From: Mobula hypostoma
Taxonomy: Eukaryota
Assembly: GCF_963921235.1 (NCBI RefSeq)
Contig: NC_086097.1
Location: 166,348,001 to 166,412,000 of the forward strand
Direction: 5' to 3'
Length of the DNA stretch: 64,000 nt
A program made the position numbers and the translations under genes. The notes beneath the pieces are model-generated. The model was not told the DNA's origin, did not search any database, and saw only the letters and a program-made list of their open reading frames with translations. The stretch's first letter is position 1. Every line of letters begins with the position of its first letter. Below, one piece after another: positions 12,009 through 22,392 of this stretch.

Positions 12009-12499
12009 CCTCTATTTTTACCGACTGGGTCGATGAATTAATGAATCGATTAATAGGTACGTCAGGACTTATAGATACAAGTAGGCCTTTCACTTCGTCA
12101 CTCAAGTTGGAAAATGTAAAATGTTTTTACTTGATGGCATCAGTGATCAGTAGGTCAGTTGTTTATTAGCTACCGACTTCCATTCTATGTTTATTGTTGC
12201 AATTTTCAGCAGTGTTGTAACTTGAAACACTAACAATGTCAATACATTGTGTAAAATTCCAGCTGTGTGGCAAGAAAGGCCACATGCATGGGAGCATTTC
12301 AGTTACTGTGCTGCCACGCACCCGTGCAGCTTAGAGGAAACAATGGCTGGGCCTCTGTATACTCCAAAGGTCTTACTGTTTCCTGACTACTGGATGATAT
12401 TTTCAATCATTTGTTGGAATAAGTTAGTGCCAGGATTATAAGGCTCCATTATAAGGCTGTCAAAGAGATACATGTGAAAGACAGAATTTTGGTTAAGAA

Positions 12500-12740
12500 G
12501 CTTTTCAAAATGCTTCTTCTGCCAGGGGTGTCTGCCTGTCTTTAATAAGCCTGTCTCTGTTCAAGACCTTCAGCAATGTGGTTCCTTGCATGTTTGAGCC
12601 ATAGACAGTATGAATAGTGTTAAAGAATCTTTGGCTATCAGCTAAATATCCTCTGCTCTTTGCACTGAATCTTGGTTCTTGAGATGTAATGGCAAGCTCA
12701 TGTTTAACCTTTAATTGCAGGGTAGACATTACAATTGAAT
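12500..12740 (-). mobile_element. Old RTE-clade LINE internal fragment
   Basis: 'YLADSQRFFNTIHTVYGSNMQGTTLLKVLNRDRLIKDR' resembles the RTE linker (ADxxxxxxFFxAxKxxYGP...G.LIKD...RW.EHF). Confidence 0.55.
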
Positions 12741-13344
12741 CCCAGCTTCATTTTGTATTGCTTGTGCACCAAAAATGTCCTTGTAAAAGGGATCTCACAC
12801 CACTAGGGAGGCACTTTTTCCCATTAATGATTTTAATCCAAATGCATTTTCATATTTCACTGAATGAACTCTCTCAGGACTTCGAATGCTTATTGCAAAA
12901 TCTATTTGATTAGTCCCACTACCCCCTCCTTCATCATTTTAACAGCCTTATAAGTTATTTTTCCAATTTTAGAGTTAAGATTGAATCTATTTCCACCATT
13001 TGAACAACCAGATATTTCTGACCAGAATGGCAGGCTGGTTTGGCATAAACCTCTGAGAAGTGAGCCCTTCTGCATCTCACAGTGTCTCACTGTCTGAAGT
13101 TCTGGTGTTATAGCTTATTGTCAACAATAGTAAGTGAGGACAACACTGTTGTTCGAAAGCAGGAAGCAAAGAGAAGCAAGTTAGGGAAAAAATTCTCTTG
13201 GCATCTGATAAGCGATCACTAGCCACTATTTTCTGGACCACAAAATAATGAGTTATGTATCGAAGTTCACAGGTGAGAGTAAGGTAGAGGGTTCAGAGAA
13301 ACTCATCTTTAACTATAAGCTTCAAATCCACTATGTATCAGAGT

Positions 13345-13768
13345 CATCCAAGTGGTCCACAACCTTGTTGTGATTTGGAGGCCTGTGTGACACAATGTCC
13401 CAGAGAACTATGTCGGCTGGAGTCAGGGCTTTATGCTTCGGTATTGGTGGAGTCACCCATGCCAAACAGGTCAAATGATAGAGGCCAGACTAAGAGCAGT
13501 CCATTGGTCCTCCAGGTTCGGAGGTTCTGCTCAGGGCAAACAATCCTGACTGGTAAAACAAAATTGTTACATTCACAGCAATGAAGAGTTCTTCTGCATA
13601 TGAGTGCCATGGTATTCCTGAGTCCCCAGGCAGAACTAGCATGACTTACAGTAGGGAAAACTGAGAGGAAGTTACCGACATGATGAAGGAAGCCCTGAAC
13701 GTCGCCAGAGATGGAGGAACTTCATTGCCGCCCTAAATGCCAGTGGTGTATTGGGCAGAAAGTAAATA
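13345..13768 (+). mobile_element. Internally deleted RTE (Expander/Rex3-like) non-autonomous element
   Basis: The 5' segment 'CCTTGTTGTG..GGAGGCCTGTGTG...GTCACCCATGCCAAACAGGTCAAA...GCCAGAC' resembles RTE 5' UTRs. The 3' segment 'GATGGAGGAACTTCATTGCCGCCCTAAATGCC' (RWRNFIAALNA) resembles an RTE ORF end. Confidence 0.6.
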
Positions 13769-13954
13769 ATTAATGTAGCAGGGTGCTTGAGCTGAACTCT
13801 GATTCTCAATATCAGTTCTGCAGACTGCAATGAAATCATATCCTGGAAATAGGCTACAGCATGGAACCATTGAAATAGATCAAATGGCTAGCTTAAGTAA
13901 TTATGGTGAATATCAACACCTGCGGTTAGTTTAAGTGGTAACAAGAAGTTATAA

Positions 13955-14143
13955 ATGGAGGCCAAGTCATTGGGTGTATTTAAAGTGGAAGTTGATATGT
14001 TCTCAATTAGTAAGGGTGTTAATACTTATGGGGTGAAGTAGGAGAATGGGGTTGAGAGAGATAATAAATTAGCCATGACGGAGTGGTGGAGCAGACTCAT
14101 TGGGCTAGATTCCCTAAAACTGCTCCTATGTCTTATGGTCTAA
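13955..14143 (+). repeat. CR1 3' end fragment
   Basis: 'GGAGGCCAAGTCATTGGGTGTATTTAA...CTGCTCCTATGTCTTATGGTCT' is shared with the CR1 copy ending at 61033. Confidence 0.85.
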
Positions 14144-15275
14144 TGAAATCAACAGGTTTAAGTACATGAGGGAACAAGAGGTTTTCTACATTGGATCCAA
14201 ACCTAGAAAATGTGCAGAAGTAATGGTATTTGGGAAGCTGTGTACACTAACACTAATACACAACCAATAGATTGGCGAGCTTGGCTAAAGGGGCCTACTT
14301 TCATGCTGTCTACCTCTGACTCTAAGGTGGAACAAACTGGCTAATGAAATGTTAGACTTTATCTCAATGGAAATGGAATGCAAAATTATTCAAAAACTGG
14401 ACAGACAATTAATTTTGGGGACCCAACATCAGCAAAGATACCAGATATTACAGACGTCCAGACTCAGCACTGAGTCCATCTGTTAAGGTAATTGCTGTCT
14501 CCAGCTTTTCATTTCAGGTTTCTCTTGTCTGCAATACATTCCTCTGGAGATTCAAGTTCAAGTTTGCTGTCAAGGGTTACTAGCTTCTTGCAGGTTTACC
14601 AGATCAGTTCATGAAAATGATTGCTGTGGGGAAGGAGCTTGAGCTGTGAATCTTCGGGCTCCTGTACCTTCTGCCTGATGGCAGTGCAGAGAAGAGGGCA
14701 TGGTCTGAGTAATGGGGGTTCTTACTGATGGATATCAGCTTCCTGAGGTTCCATCTCCTCCATATCTACATCTCATTCCCTTTGCTGTCTTCTTTCACTC
14801 TCATCACTTTTTTCTATTTGATTCCTTCTTCCTCCCACCCTATTGTTTTCACCTTTTCTCCCCTTTCTCAGAATCAGAATCTGGGTTATTGTCACTAGCA
14901 TATGTTGTGAAATTTGGTGCTTTACAACAGCAATACAGTGGGATACGCAAAGAAGTTCAATCAGTCAATAAACAAGTATATACCATCAATGTGAATAGAG
15001 AGCAAATTAGTGAGGTAGTGTTCAGGGTTCAAAAATCTACAATTGAGGAGGGGAAGAAGCTGTTCCTAAAAGTCTAATCTTCTTCTCTGCATCTTCAAAT
15101 CTGAGTAGTTCAAGTATTTTCAATTTTAGTTCAGAAATATTTATTGGCTTTGGAGATTCACTGGAGATGTGGAAATTTTGGACCAAATTTGAATCACTGA
15201 AAGATGATTGACATCTTAGGCAGGTTTGAATGCTACTACTCCTAACAAAGTGAACCCAAGTGACATACAGTAGAT

Positions 15276-16460
15276 CAGCGGTCCCCAACCACCGGGCCGC
15301 GGACCGGTACCGGCCCTAAGGCTTGTGCTACCTGGCCGCGAGGAAACGATATGATTTGGCGATAGGAGTCAGCTGCACCTTTCCTCATCCCTGTCATGCC
15401 CACTGTTGAGCCATTACGCATGCGAGGTCATTACCCACGCGTCATCCATGTCAGCGCGGGAAGAATATCAGCTCCCCGAGCTTGCAAATGACAGCAAGCT
15501 GAAAGGTATGTTTGACATAACATCTCTGCCGGCATTCTGGATCAAAGTCAAGGCTAAATATCCTGAGATAGTCAGGAAAGTACTGAAAACGTTGCTTCCA
15601 TTTCCAATATATCTCTGCAATGAATGCAATGAAAACTAAATTGCTGAATAGACTGGACATAAGGAACCCCCTTCGAGTATCGCTGTCTCCCATCACCGTC
15701 TTGTTGCAGGGAAACAAGCCCAGGGCTCCCACTCATGCAGCGATATTGGTGTGTTGCAATGATTTTATATGTGCATACAAGGAAAATATGCGCTGTGTGT
15801 TTAATATCCAAACATTACTTAAAATGTTATGATGCTTTAAGTGACTTATATAACCATATAATAATTACGGCACGGAAACAGGCCATCTCTGCTCTTCTAG
15901 TCCGTGCCGAACGCTACTCTCACCTAGTCCCACCGACCTGCACTCAGCCCATAACCCTCCATTCCTTTCCTGTCCACTTTAACTTTAAGTGATAATATCG
16001 AACCTGCCTCTACCACTTCTACTGGTTCATTCATTCAACACTTACTTCAAGCTCCCCTGTCCTCCCCTGATAATTGACTAATCACTATATTCATGTGAGG
16101 AAAATATGTGCTGTGCGTTTACTATTAAATTCGTTAGATAAACCCTTTTAGAAATGAGATTGAGTGTATTAGCCACTTACCACCTATATTCCGGTCGTGA
16201 TTAACACCCCCCGAACAGAATCGCCAAAAACGATTTTAAAAAATTGGCACGTACACGCATGCGCAAGTTACGCATGCGCACTGGTGCCCGCGCAAGGCTT
16301 CATGGTCATTGTAGTCTTTCTTGGGGTAAACACAACGTATTTGACTGCTACTCTTGTACGTTGGCAACCCTAACGCCGCCCCCCCCCCAGTCGGCCGGTC
16401 CGCAAAGAATATTGTCAATATGGAACCGGTCTGCAGTGCAAAAATGGTTGGGGACCCCTG
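15276..16460 (+). mobile_element. hAT-Charlie-like non-autonomous DNA transposon with a transposase C-terminal remnant
   Basis: TIRs CAGCGGTCCCCAACC and GGTTGGGGACCCCTG (1 mismatch). Peptides 'EEYQLPELAND..LK..F..TSLPAFWIKVKAKYPEI..K.LK.LLPFP' and 'MKTKLLNRLDI...LRVSLS' are Charlie/Buster/ZBED5-type. An internal CR1-tail fragment lies at ~15860-16030. Confidence 0.88.
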
Positions 16461-16875
16461 GACTACAGCTTGGCGTTCAGTACAATCATCCCCTCAAAAC
16501 TAATCAATAAGGTTCAAGGACTTGGCCTCAATACCTCCATGTGCAATTGGATCTTCGATTTCCTCACTTGCAGATCCCAGTCAGTTCGGATTGGCAACAA
16601 CACTTCCTTCACAATTTCCATCAGCACAGGTGCACCACAAGGCTGTGTGCTTAGCCCGTTGCTCTACTCGCTTTATACTTGTGCTGTGAGGCTAAGCACA
16701 ACTTCAATGCCATATTTAAGTTTGCTGATGACAACACTGTTGTTGATTGAAGGTGGTGATGAATCACCACATCAGCATATCAGTGATGAATCAGGAGAGT
16801 GATTGAAAATCCGGCTGAGTGGTGCCACAACACCAACTTCTCACTCAGTGTCAGCAAGACCAAAGAGCTGATTAC
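16461..16875 (+). mobile_element. Rex1/Babar RT fragment
   Basis: '[17 protein letters not shown]...[16 protein letters not shown]...[18 protein letters not shown]'. Confidence 0.9.
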
Positions 16876-16939
16876 ACTGGGCATTTTTTTTTCGAGAGTT
16901 TTGCTTCCTCAGAATTATTTTTTGTTCATGATAGACTGC

Positions 16940-17062
16940 TTAAAGGTGAACAGCCAAAACGTCAACTGTACTTTTTGCCATAGATGCTGCCTGGCCTGCT
17001 GAGTTCCTCCATCACTTTATGTGTGTTATTTGGATTTCCAGTGTCTTCAGATTTTCTCTTGT
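16940..17062 (+). repeat. Penelope-associated terminal repeat (decayed hammerhead region)
   Basis: 'CCAAAACGTCAACTGTAC...GATGCTGCCTGGCCTGCTGAGTTCCTCC...GGATTTCCAG'. Confidence 0.75.
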
Positions 17063-17074
17063 TTATAATTTCAG

Positions 17075-17767
17075 TCTATTTGTATCAGGTAGGAATTTGG
17101 AGAAACAAGAAATTATCTTTTATTCAATATAATGTGTTTCATTGCATAACGGTGCGAACGCTTTGCAATAGTTCAACTAAGCTAAAAATGTTTTGTTGAT
17201 GATTTTATTTTGTATTCAGTTTCTGAGGCTTCTTGCTTAAGTGTCCAACAATAATCAGCCAGCATTGATGGAATCCAGTTGCCTTGATACCTTTCCTCCA
17301 TGACAGCAATGTCCAGGTGAAACCTTTCAGCATTCTTGTCACTGACAGCGCCAAGATTTGCAGTGAAGAAGTGTAAATGGGAACGCAGAAAACGAATCTT
17401 TAGTGACATATTGCACTTAATGACTTTATATTGTTAAACAGCTGCACATAGTTTGGTGCTCTGCAGTTGCCAAGAAAATTTTCAATGACATCCTTGAATG
17501 CCTTCCATGTGATTTTCTCTGGTACCACTGGAAGTTCTTTGAATTGCCTGTCAATGATGACCTGTTTAATTTGCAGACCAACAAAATGCCTTCCTTAATT
17601 TTGACATTAGTTATTTGGACTAATTGTGATTTAAAATAACAAGTATAGGTGAGTTCAAACAAATGATGCATGATAGGGAAATTTCATGGTGATTTTCAGG
17701 ATCAACAACCAAAATCCATAAGATACACTCCAAAGCATTCAGGAAGGAAAATCTTTGTTATCCAGTG
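17075..17767 (-). mobile_element. Chapaev3-like (CMC) DNA transposon fragment
   Basis: ORF 17182-17409 'MSLKIRFLRSHLHFF..NLGAVSD...ERFH.DI..ME.RYQG.W..SMLADYCW' and upstream 'KIKEGI'. I recall these motifs from Chapaev3 transposases. The terminus at 17761-17767 reads CACTGGA on the minus strand. Confidence 0.7.
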
Positions 17768-18612
17768 TGATTGACTTCAGGAAGTGGAAACCGGAGGTCC
17801 CTGCACCAGTCCTCATCAGAGGATCAGAGGAGGAGAGGGTCAGCAACTTTAAATTGCTTGGTGTTATCATTTCAGACGATCTGTCCTGGGCCCAGCACAC
17901 AAATGCAACTACGTCCTTGGAAGTTTCCAAAGATTTGACATGATACCTAATACTTTGTCAAACTTCTATCAATATATGATGGAGAGTATATTGACTGGTT
18001 GCATCATGGCCTGGTTTAGAAGCACCAATGCCCTTGAATAGAAAATCCTGCAAAAATAGTGGATATGACCCAGTCATATCCACTATTAAAGCTCTCCCTT
18101 CTTTTGAGTATAACTACACTAAATGCTGTTGCTGGAAAGCAGCATCCGTCATCAAGACCCCACCACCCTAGCCATGCTCTCTTCCTGCTGAAGGCATCAG
18201 GAAAAATGTACAGGGGCCTCAGGACACATGCCACCAGGTTCAGGAACAGTTATTACCCCTCAACCTTCAGGCTCCTGAACCAGTGAGAATAACTTCATTC
18301 AACTTCACTGGCCCCATTGCCGAACTGTCCCACAAATTAAGGATTCACTTTCAAGGACTCTTCATCTCATATCCTCTACTGTTATTGCTAATTTATTTCT
18401 TAATATTATTTCTTTTTTTTTTCCTTTGTACTTGCACAGTTTGCTTTCTTTTGCAGTTTGGTTGTTTGTCTGTCCTTTTGGGTGTGGTCTGTTATTGATC
18501 CTATTGTCTTTCTTGTACTTACTGTGATTTCCCGCAAGAAAATGAGTTTCAGTATTTATATGGTGACACGTGTACTTTGATAATAAGTTTACTTTGAACT
18601 TTGAACATTGAA
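17768..18612 (+). mobile_element. Rex1/Babar LINE 3' fragment with tail
   Basis: 'IDFRK...ERVSNFKLLGVIISDDLSW' and 'HHPSHALF...SGKMYRGLRTHATRFRNSYYP', then a (TTTGAAC)n tail. Confidence 0.88.
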
Positions 18613-19010
18613 CTTCATCAGGGCTTAAGGAGTTAAATTGTGTGGGCTGGTTGAATTAACTTTACTAACATTCTCTTGAGATTAGAAATTGAAGGCTGAT
18701 CTATTCCAGGTGTTTCTGTGATATAGGGTTTTGCAGATACTGAAAAAATATTTATTCTGCTGGTAAATTGAAACACAAAGAAGTGGAATCTTAACATTAG
18801 TGCTGGGTCACTTAGAAGTCAAATCAGGAAACAATTTTTTGACAGAAAGACTGGCAGGAATCCTCGAGTATACATATGCTTTGATCAATTGAACTGCTAA
18901 TACTAAGATTGATAGATGGACAATGTCATCCATCCATCCATCGGCAAAACCACAATGGCATTGCATGTAATCCTTGCTGTCAATCTCCCAAAACTTTGCT
19001 ATCCATTTAA

Positions 19011-19515
19011 CCCTTACATACAGTTCATATTTCATACCTTCACAGTATGGTTCGGGTCAATTTTGACCCGGCCCAAGAATCCCCTCATAACAAGTGTCTA
19101 TACCAAATTTTGAACCACAGATCTATTTAGAATGTATAAATGGCCTATCTGACATTAATAAATGGGTGATTAATCCTTAATTAATGTTTCAGAGATGTAA
19201 AATCCATTTCAATAGATGTAGGTTAAATTTGACCCAGAACAGCCCCAATGTACATTAATCCTTAATTAATGTTTCTGAGATTTAATATTCATTTTGATAG
19301 ATACGAGTCAAATTTGACCCGGAACAGCCTCAATGTACAAAAATTTGTAGCACCTGTACAAAAGTATAACATTTTTAAATATTTTCATTTTTGTGCATTT
19401 GGGGTCACTTTAGGAAAAGTCATCAAATTTTGGCTTTAAAAAATGGCATTTAGGGTGTTTTTACTGCTGTCAAATGTCAAAACGGGTCAAATTTGACCTA
19501 AACAGTATGTAAGGG
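19011..19515. mobile_element. piggyBac-type MITE (non-autonomous)
   Basis: Left junction TTAA|CCCTTACATACAGTT; right junction AACAGTATGTAAGGG|TTGA (15-bp TIR with 1 mismatch; right TTAA mutated). Four internal GGGTCAA(A/T)TTTGACCC-like palindromes and an ~86-bp tandem duplication. Confidence 0.82.
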
Positions 19516-19669
19516 TTGAGGCCATACTGATGCTCTTTGATTCTAGCCACAGCTTTTGTTTGGGGTACCTGATGCAGGGGTCATAGAAAAATCCCAGTTT
19601 AGAATGCAATATCTGGCAGATCAGTTAAATGCATGGTGTACGTGTGTATCAGTTGAACAAGAAAAATGC

Positions 19670-19925
19670 ATTTAAGGTAAGAGGGGGAAAGTGTAGAGGA
19701 GATGTTCAGGGCAGATTTGATTTACACAGGGAGAGCTGGGTGCTTGGAATGGGCTGCCAGGAGTGTTGGTGAAATGAGATACAATAGTGGCATTTATGAG
19801 GCTTATACATAGACACATGAATATGCAGGGAATGGAGAGATATGGATCATGAAAAGGCAGAAGACGTTTTTAATTCACCACCCACAATGGGGGCTGGAGT
19901 GCTTTTTCCTGCCATACTGCTCTAT
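19670..19925 (+). repeat. Degenerate CR1 3' end
   Basis: 'TTTAAGGTAAGAGGGGGAAAG...TTTACACAGGGAGAG..GGGTGCTTGGAAT..GCTGCCAG' matches the CR1 3' end at 37070-37315. Confidence 0.7.
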
Positions 19926-22392
19926 GTTAACACCTCTAAAGTTCATTTTCATTGACTTAATGGTATCCAAATTCAGAAGCAGTTCAACCAATGTGTTTTG
20001 GGCACATACACCCCCACACTGTTTTGCATGTGATACTTAAAGTGCTTTTTAAAAATGGCAAAAGTCAGTCATGTGTTGTAGCTGAGAGTGGCAGAGCAAG
20101 TTCCTACAACATTCTGTATGAGCAACAAAACTTCATTCCACATGAAAAGAACCTCAGTTAATCTGTGATAGTTTTAACTTTTGTACACTTGAAAGCTTTG
20201 ATCCAGCACCCAGATAATCTGGAACATACAGTATGTCACCATCAAGCCATTTATATTCAAGGGAAGTTGAGTACTTTGTATCCACTTGATATCTCTGAAG
20301 CAACGTACATAACTTCATGTGCATTCTCCGACATATCCAAAGCATGACCTCATTTTGTGTGTGCTAATGCTACTCTTTGCAGAGCAAATATTTTCATCTC
20401 TTTCCTCATATAAATTAATCTTCTGTCTGGTTGACAGATGTTTAACCAAGTAAAAATAAATAGATTTAAAGAACAAAGCAACAGCTTAGAAGTTATTCAT
20501 CAGGTCTTTTCTCTGTTACTTTTTACAGTCAAGAAGTTGGCTTTGACCATATGGTTAAGACAGGCATAATCTCCATTTTTTGTTATGAATTTTTGTTCAT
20601 CCATAATCTAAACATACCTTGTTTCCAGAAAAGATAAAATAAATAATCACAATACTCATCACATTTGTAAGAAGAAATATACTTATGTCGCCAGAAAAAT
20701 GAAATTATTGTCCAGTATAGCTAAATAGCTCTACTGTCCATGATTCTGTAATGAAAATGAGCTCATCAATTAGACAAGTCCTGCACTGTTGTCCTGGAGA
20801 GGAGGAGAGATGTTGGCAGGAAATGACTGCAGTCGACCAGGAGCCACGAATCCTTTAAAAGCTCTTCTACTTCAGAGGGACATAGCAGTTTTAGGTCTGC
20901 AACAATATTGTTACTAGCAGTGGTGTAAAATAAGCAATACTTGTAAATTATTCCAGTAAATTATCACGGCTTATGTTTGTGATATGAGCTTTGGGCCTGA
21001 ATTTTAATTCTATGTGTGGGACTCTGAGGATGTAGATCATTGTACCTGTGACTGGTTGGTGGGAAACCAGTCGCAGGAACAATGCTGCAGACTCAGAAAC
21101 TTCAACTTTATGTCTTCATGGCACTTCGTTTATTTGCAGCATACAAACTTAAAGAGCTTACTAAAACAGACTTTTAAGATAAAATAAAAAGGAATTTGAC
21201 AAAGAATGTACTTGATGTACATTTGTTGATAAACAAATCTCAGAGTGGTATATGGTGACATAGACAGTATGTACATTGACAACAAATTTACTTTGAACTT
21301 TGATGTTAGTGACTCAATACACATTGTGTAAATATACTGTTCTTCATACAGTGAATAGTTTTTTGTAACTTATTTTAACTATTAATAATTATATTGACAC
21401 AAATAAACATGTTATTGTGGAGAGGAATACCATATAATGTATCTACATTTTCCAGAGTTCTAATTGTGTTTGAAGTTTTGTATACGCTTTTTATAACATT
21501 TACAAAATTATCTGCCTCCAAGAATTTTGTACACTTCAGTGAAGTCTGGGTATTTAGTGTGCCATGGCTATAAGCAAATTGCTGGACCTTTTCTGTTCTT
21601 TCCACACACCATTAGGCCTTATGTCATTGGTTTTCTGTTGGATCTCTGACTTTAGGTGCCCAGTTCTAGATTCCAAAATTGTCCCTGTTCTGATAGAACA
21701 ACAGTAAGTCATGCAACACAGTAAACAGGCCCTTTAGCTCGATTTATCCATGCTGACTAAGTTGCCTGAATCAGCTAGTCCCCATTTGCTTGAGGAGTTC
21801 AGTGTTTTCTTTCTCCCTCTTTACTTAAGTAATTTTCTACCTCGCAATATGTGCTGAACTATTAAGCATCTATGGAAATTTGGACGAGGACAAGTGCATC
21901 CACAATCTTGATCACCACTCCCTTCAAAGCTTTTGAACCTTGAAATGCAGATTAGAGATTTATCATCTATCGAGCTCATTAATATCTACAATATGTTTTT
22001 CATGAATATCACTCTCAGTAATTGTCCACAACAAGATATTTATCTCAGAAGACAGGAAAAGTAGTCTGGAAAAGTAGTGGCTTACAGAAGAAATTAAGGA
22101 TGAAAAAAAATTGAAGTAAAAATTACTCGTAAAAACAGAGAACCTGAGGAATGGCAGTCTTCTATTTAGGAAAGTATGAGTGTAACTTGTTAAAGAAAAG
22201 AAAAAAAGAAAATGAGAGTAAGCTAGCAAAAAATACGAAAAAAGATTGTAAGATCTGTTAATATTTTAAAAGGACAGGAATTGGAGAAATAGGGTAAAAG
22301 TTCTCGAAGAGACAGGGCCATGAGAAATTTGAAATTGGTGACTTGGTTTATTATGTCACATGTACAGAGGTACAACTACTTTGTTTTGCATG

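Larger units (their letters stand above)
8989..12345 (-). mobile_element. hAT DNA transposon remnant (ZNF862-like transposase C-terminus), carrying nested insertions
   Basis: ORF 9405-9629 'ASSVNFECGFSVMNSIKCKSRNRL...LNDLMRI' is the hAT dimerization domain. Imperfect TIRs are AAATGTTTCCTCTAA (8989-9003) and TTAGAGGAAACAATG (12331-12345). Further likely transposase remnants lie at ~10780-10980. No 8-bp TSD is recognisable. Confidence 0.75.

Noticed and set aside
19050..19500. CRISPR-like array of palindromic repeats
   Set aside because: Spacing is irregular, the spacers are themselves duplicated, the context is eukaryotic, and the repeats are enclosed by transposon TIRs.
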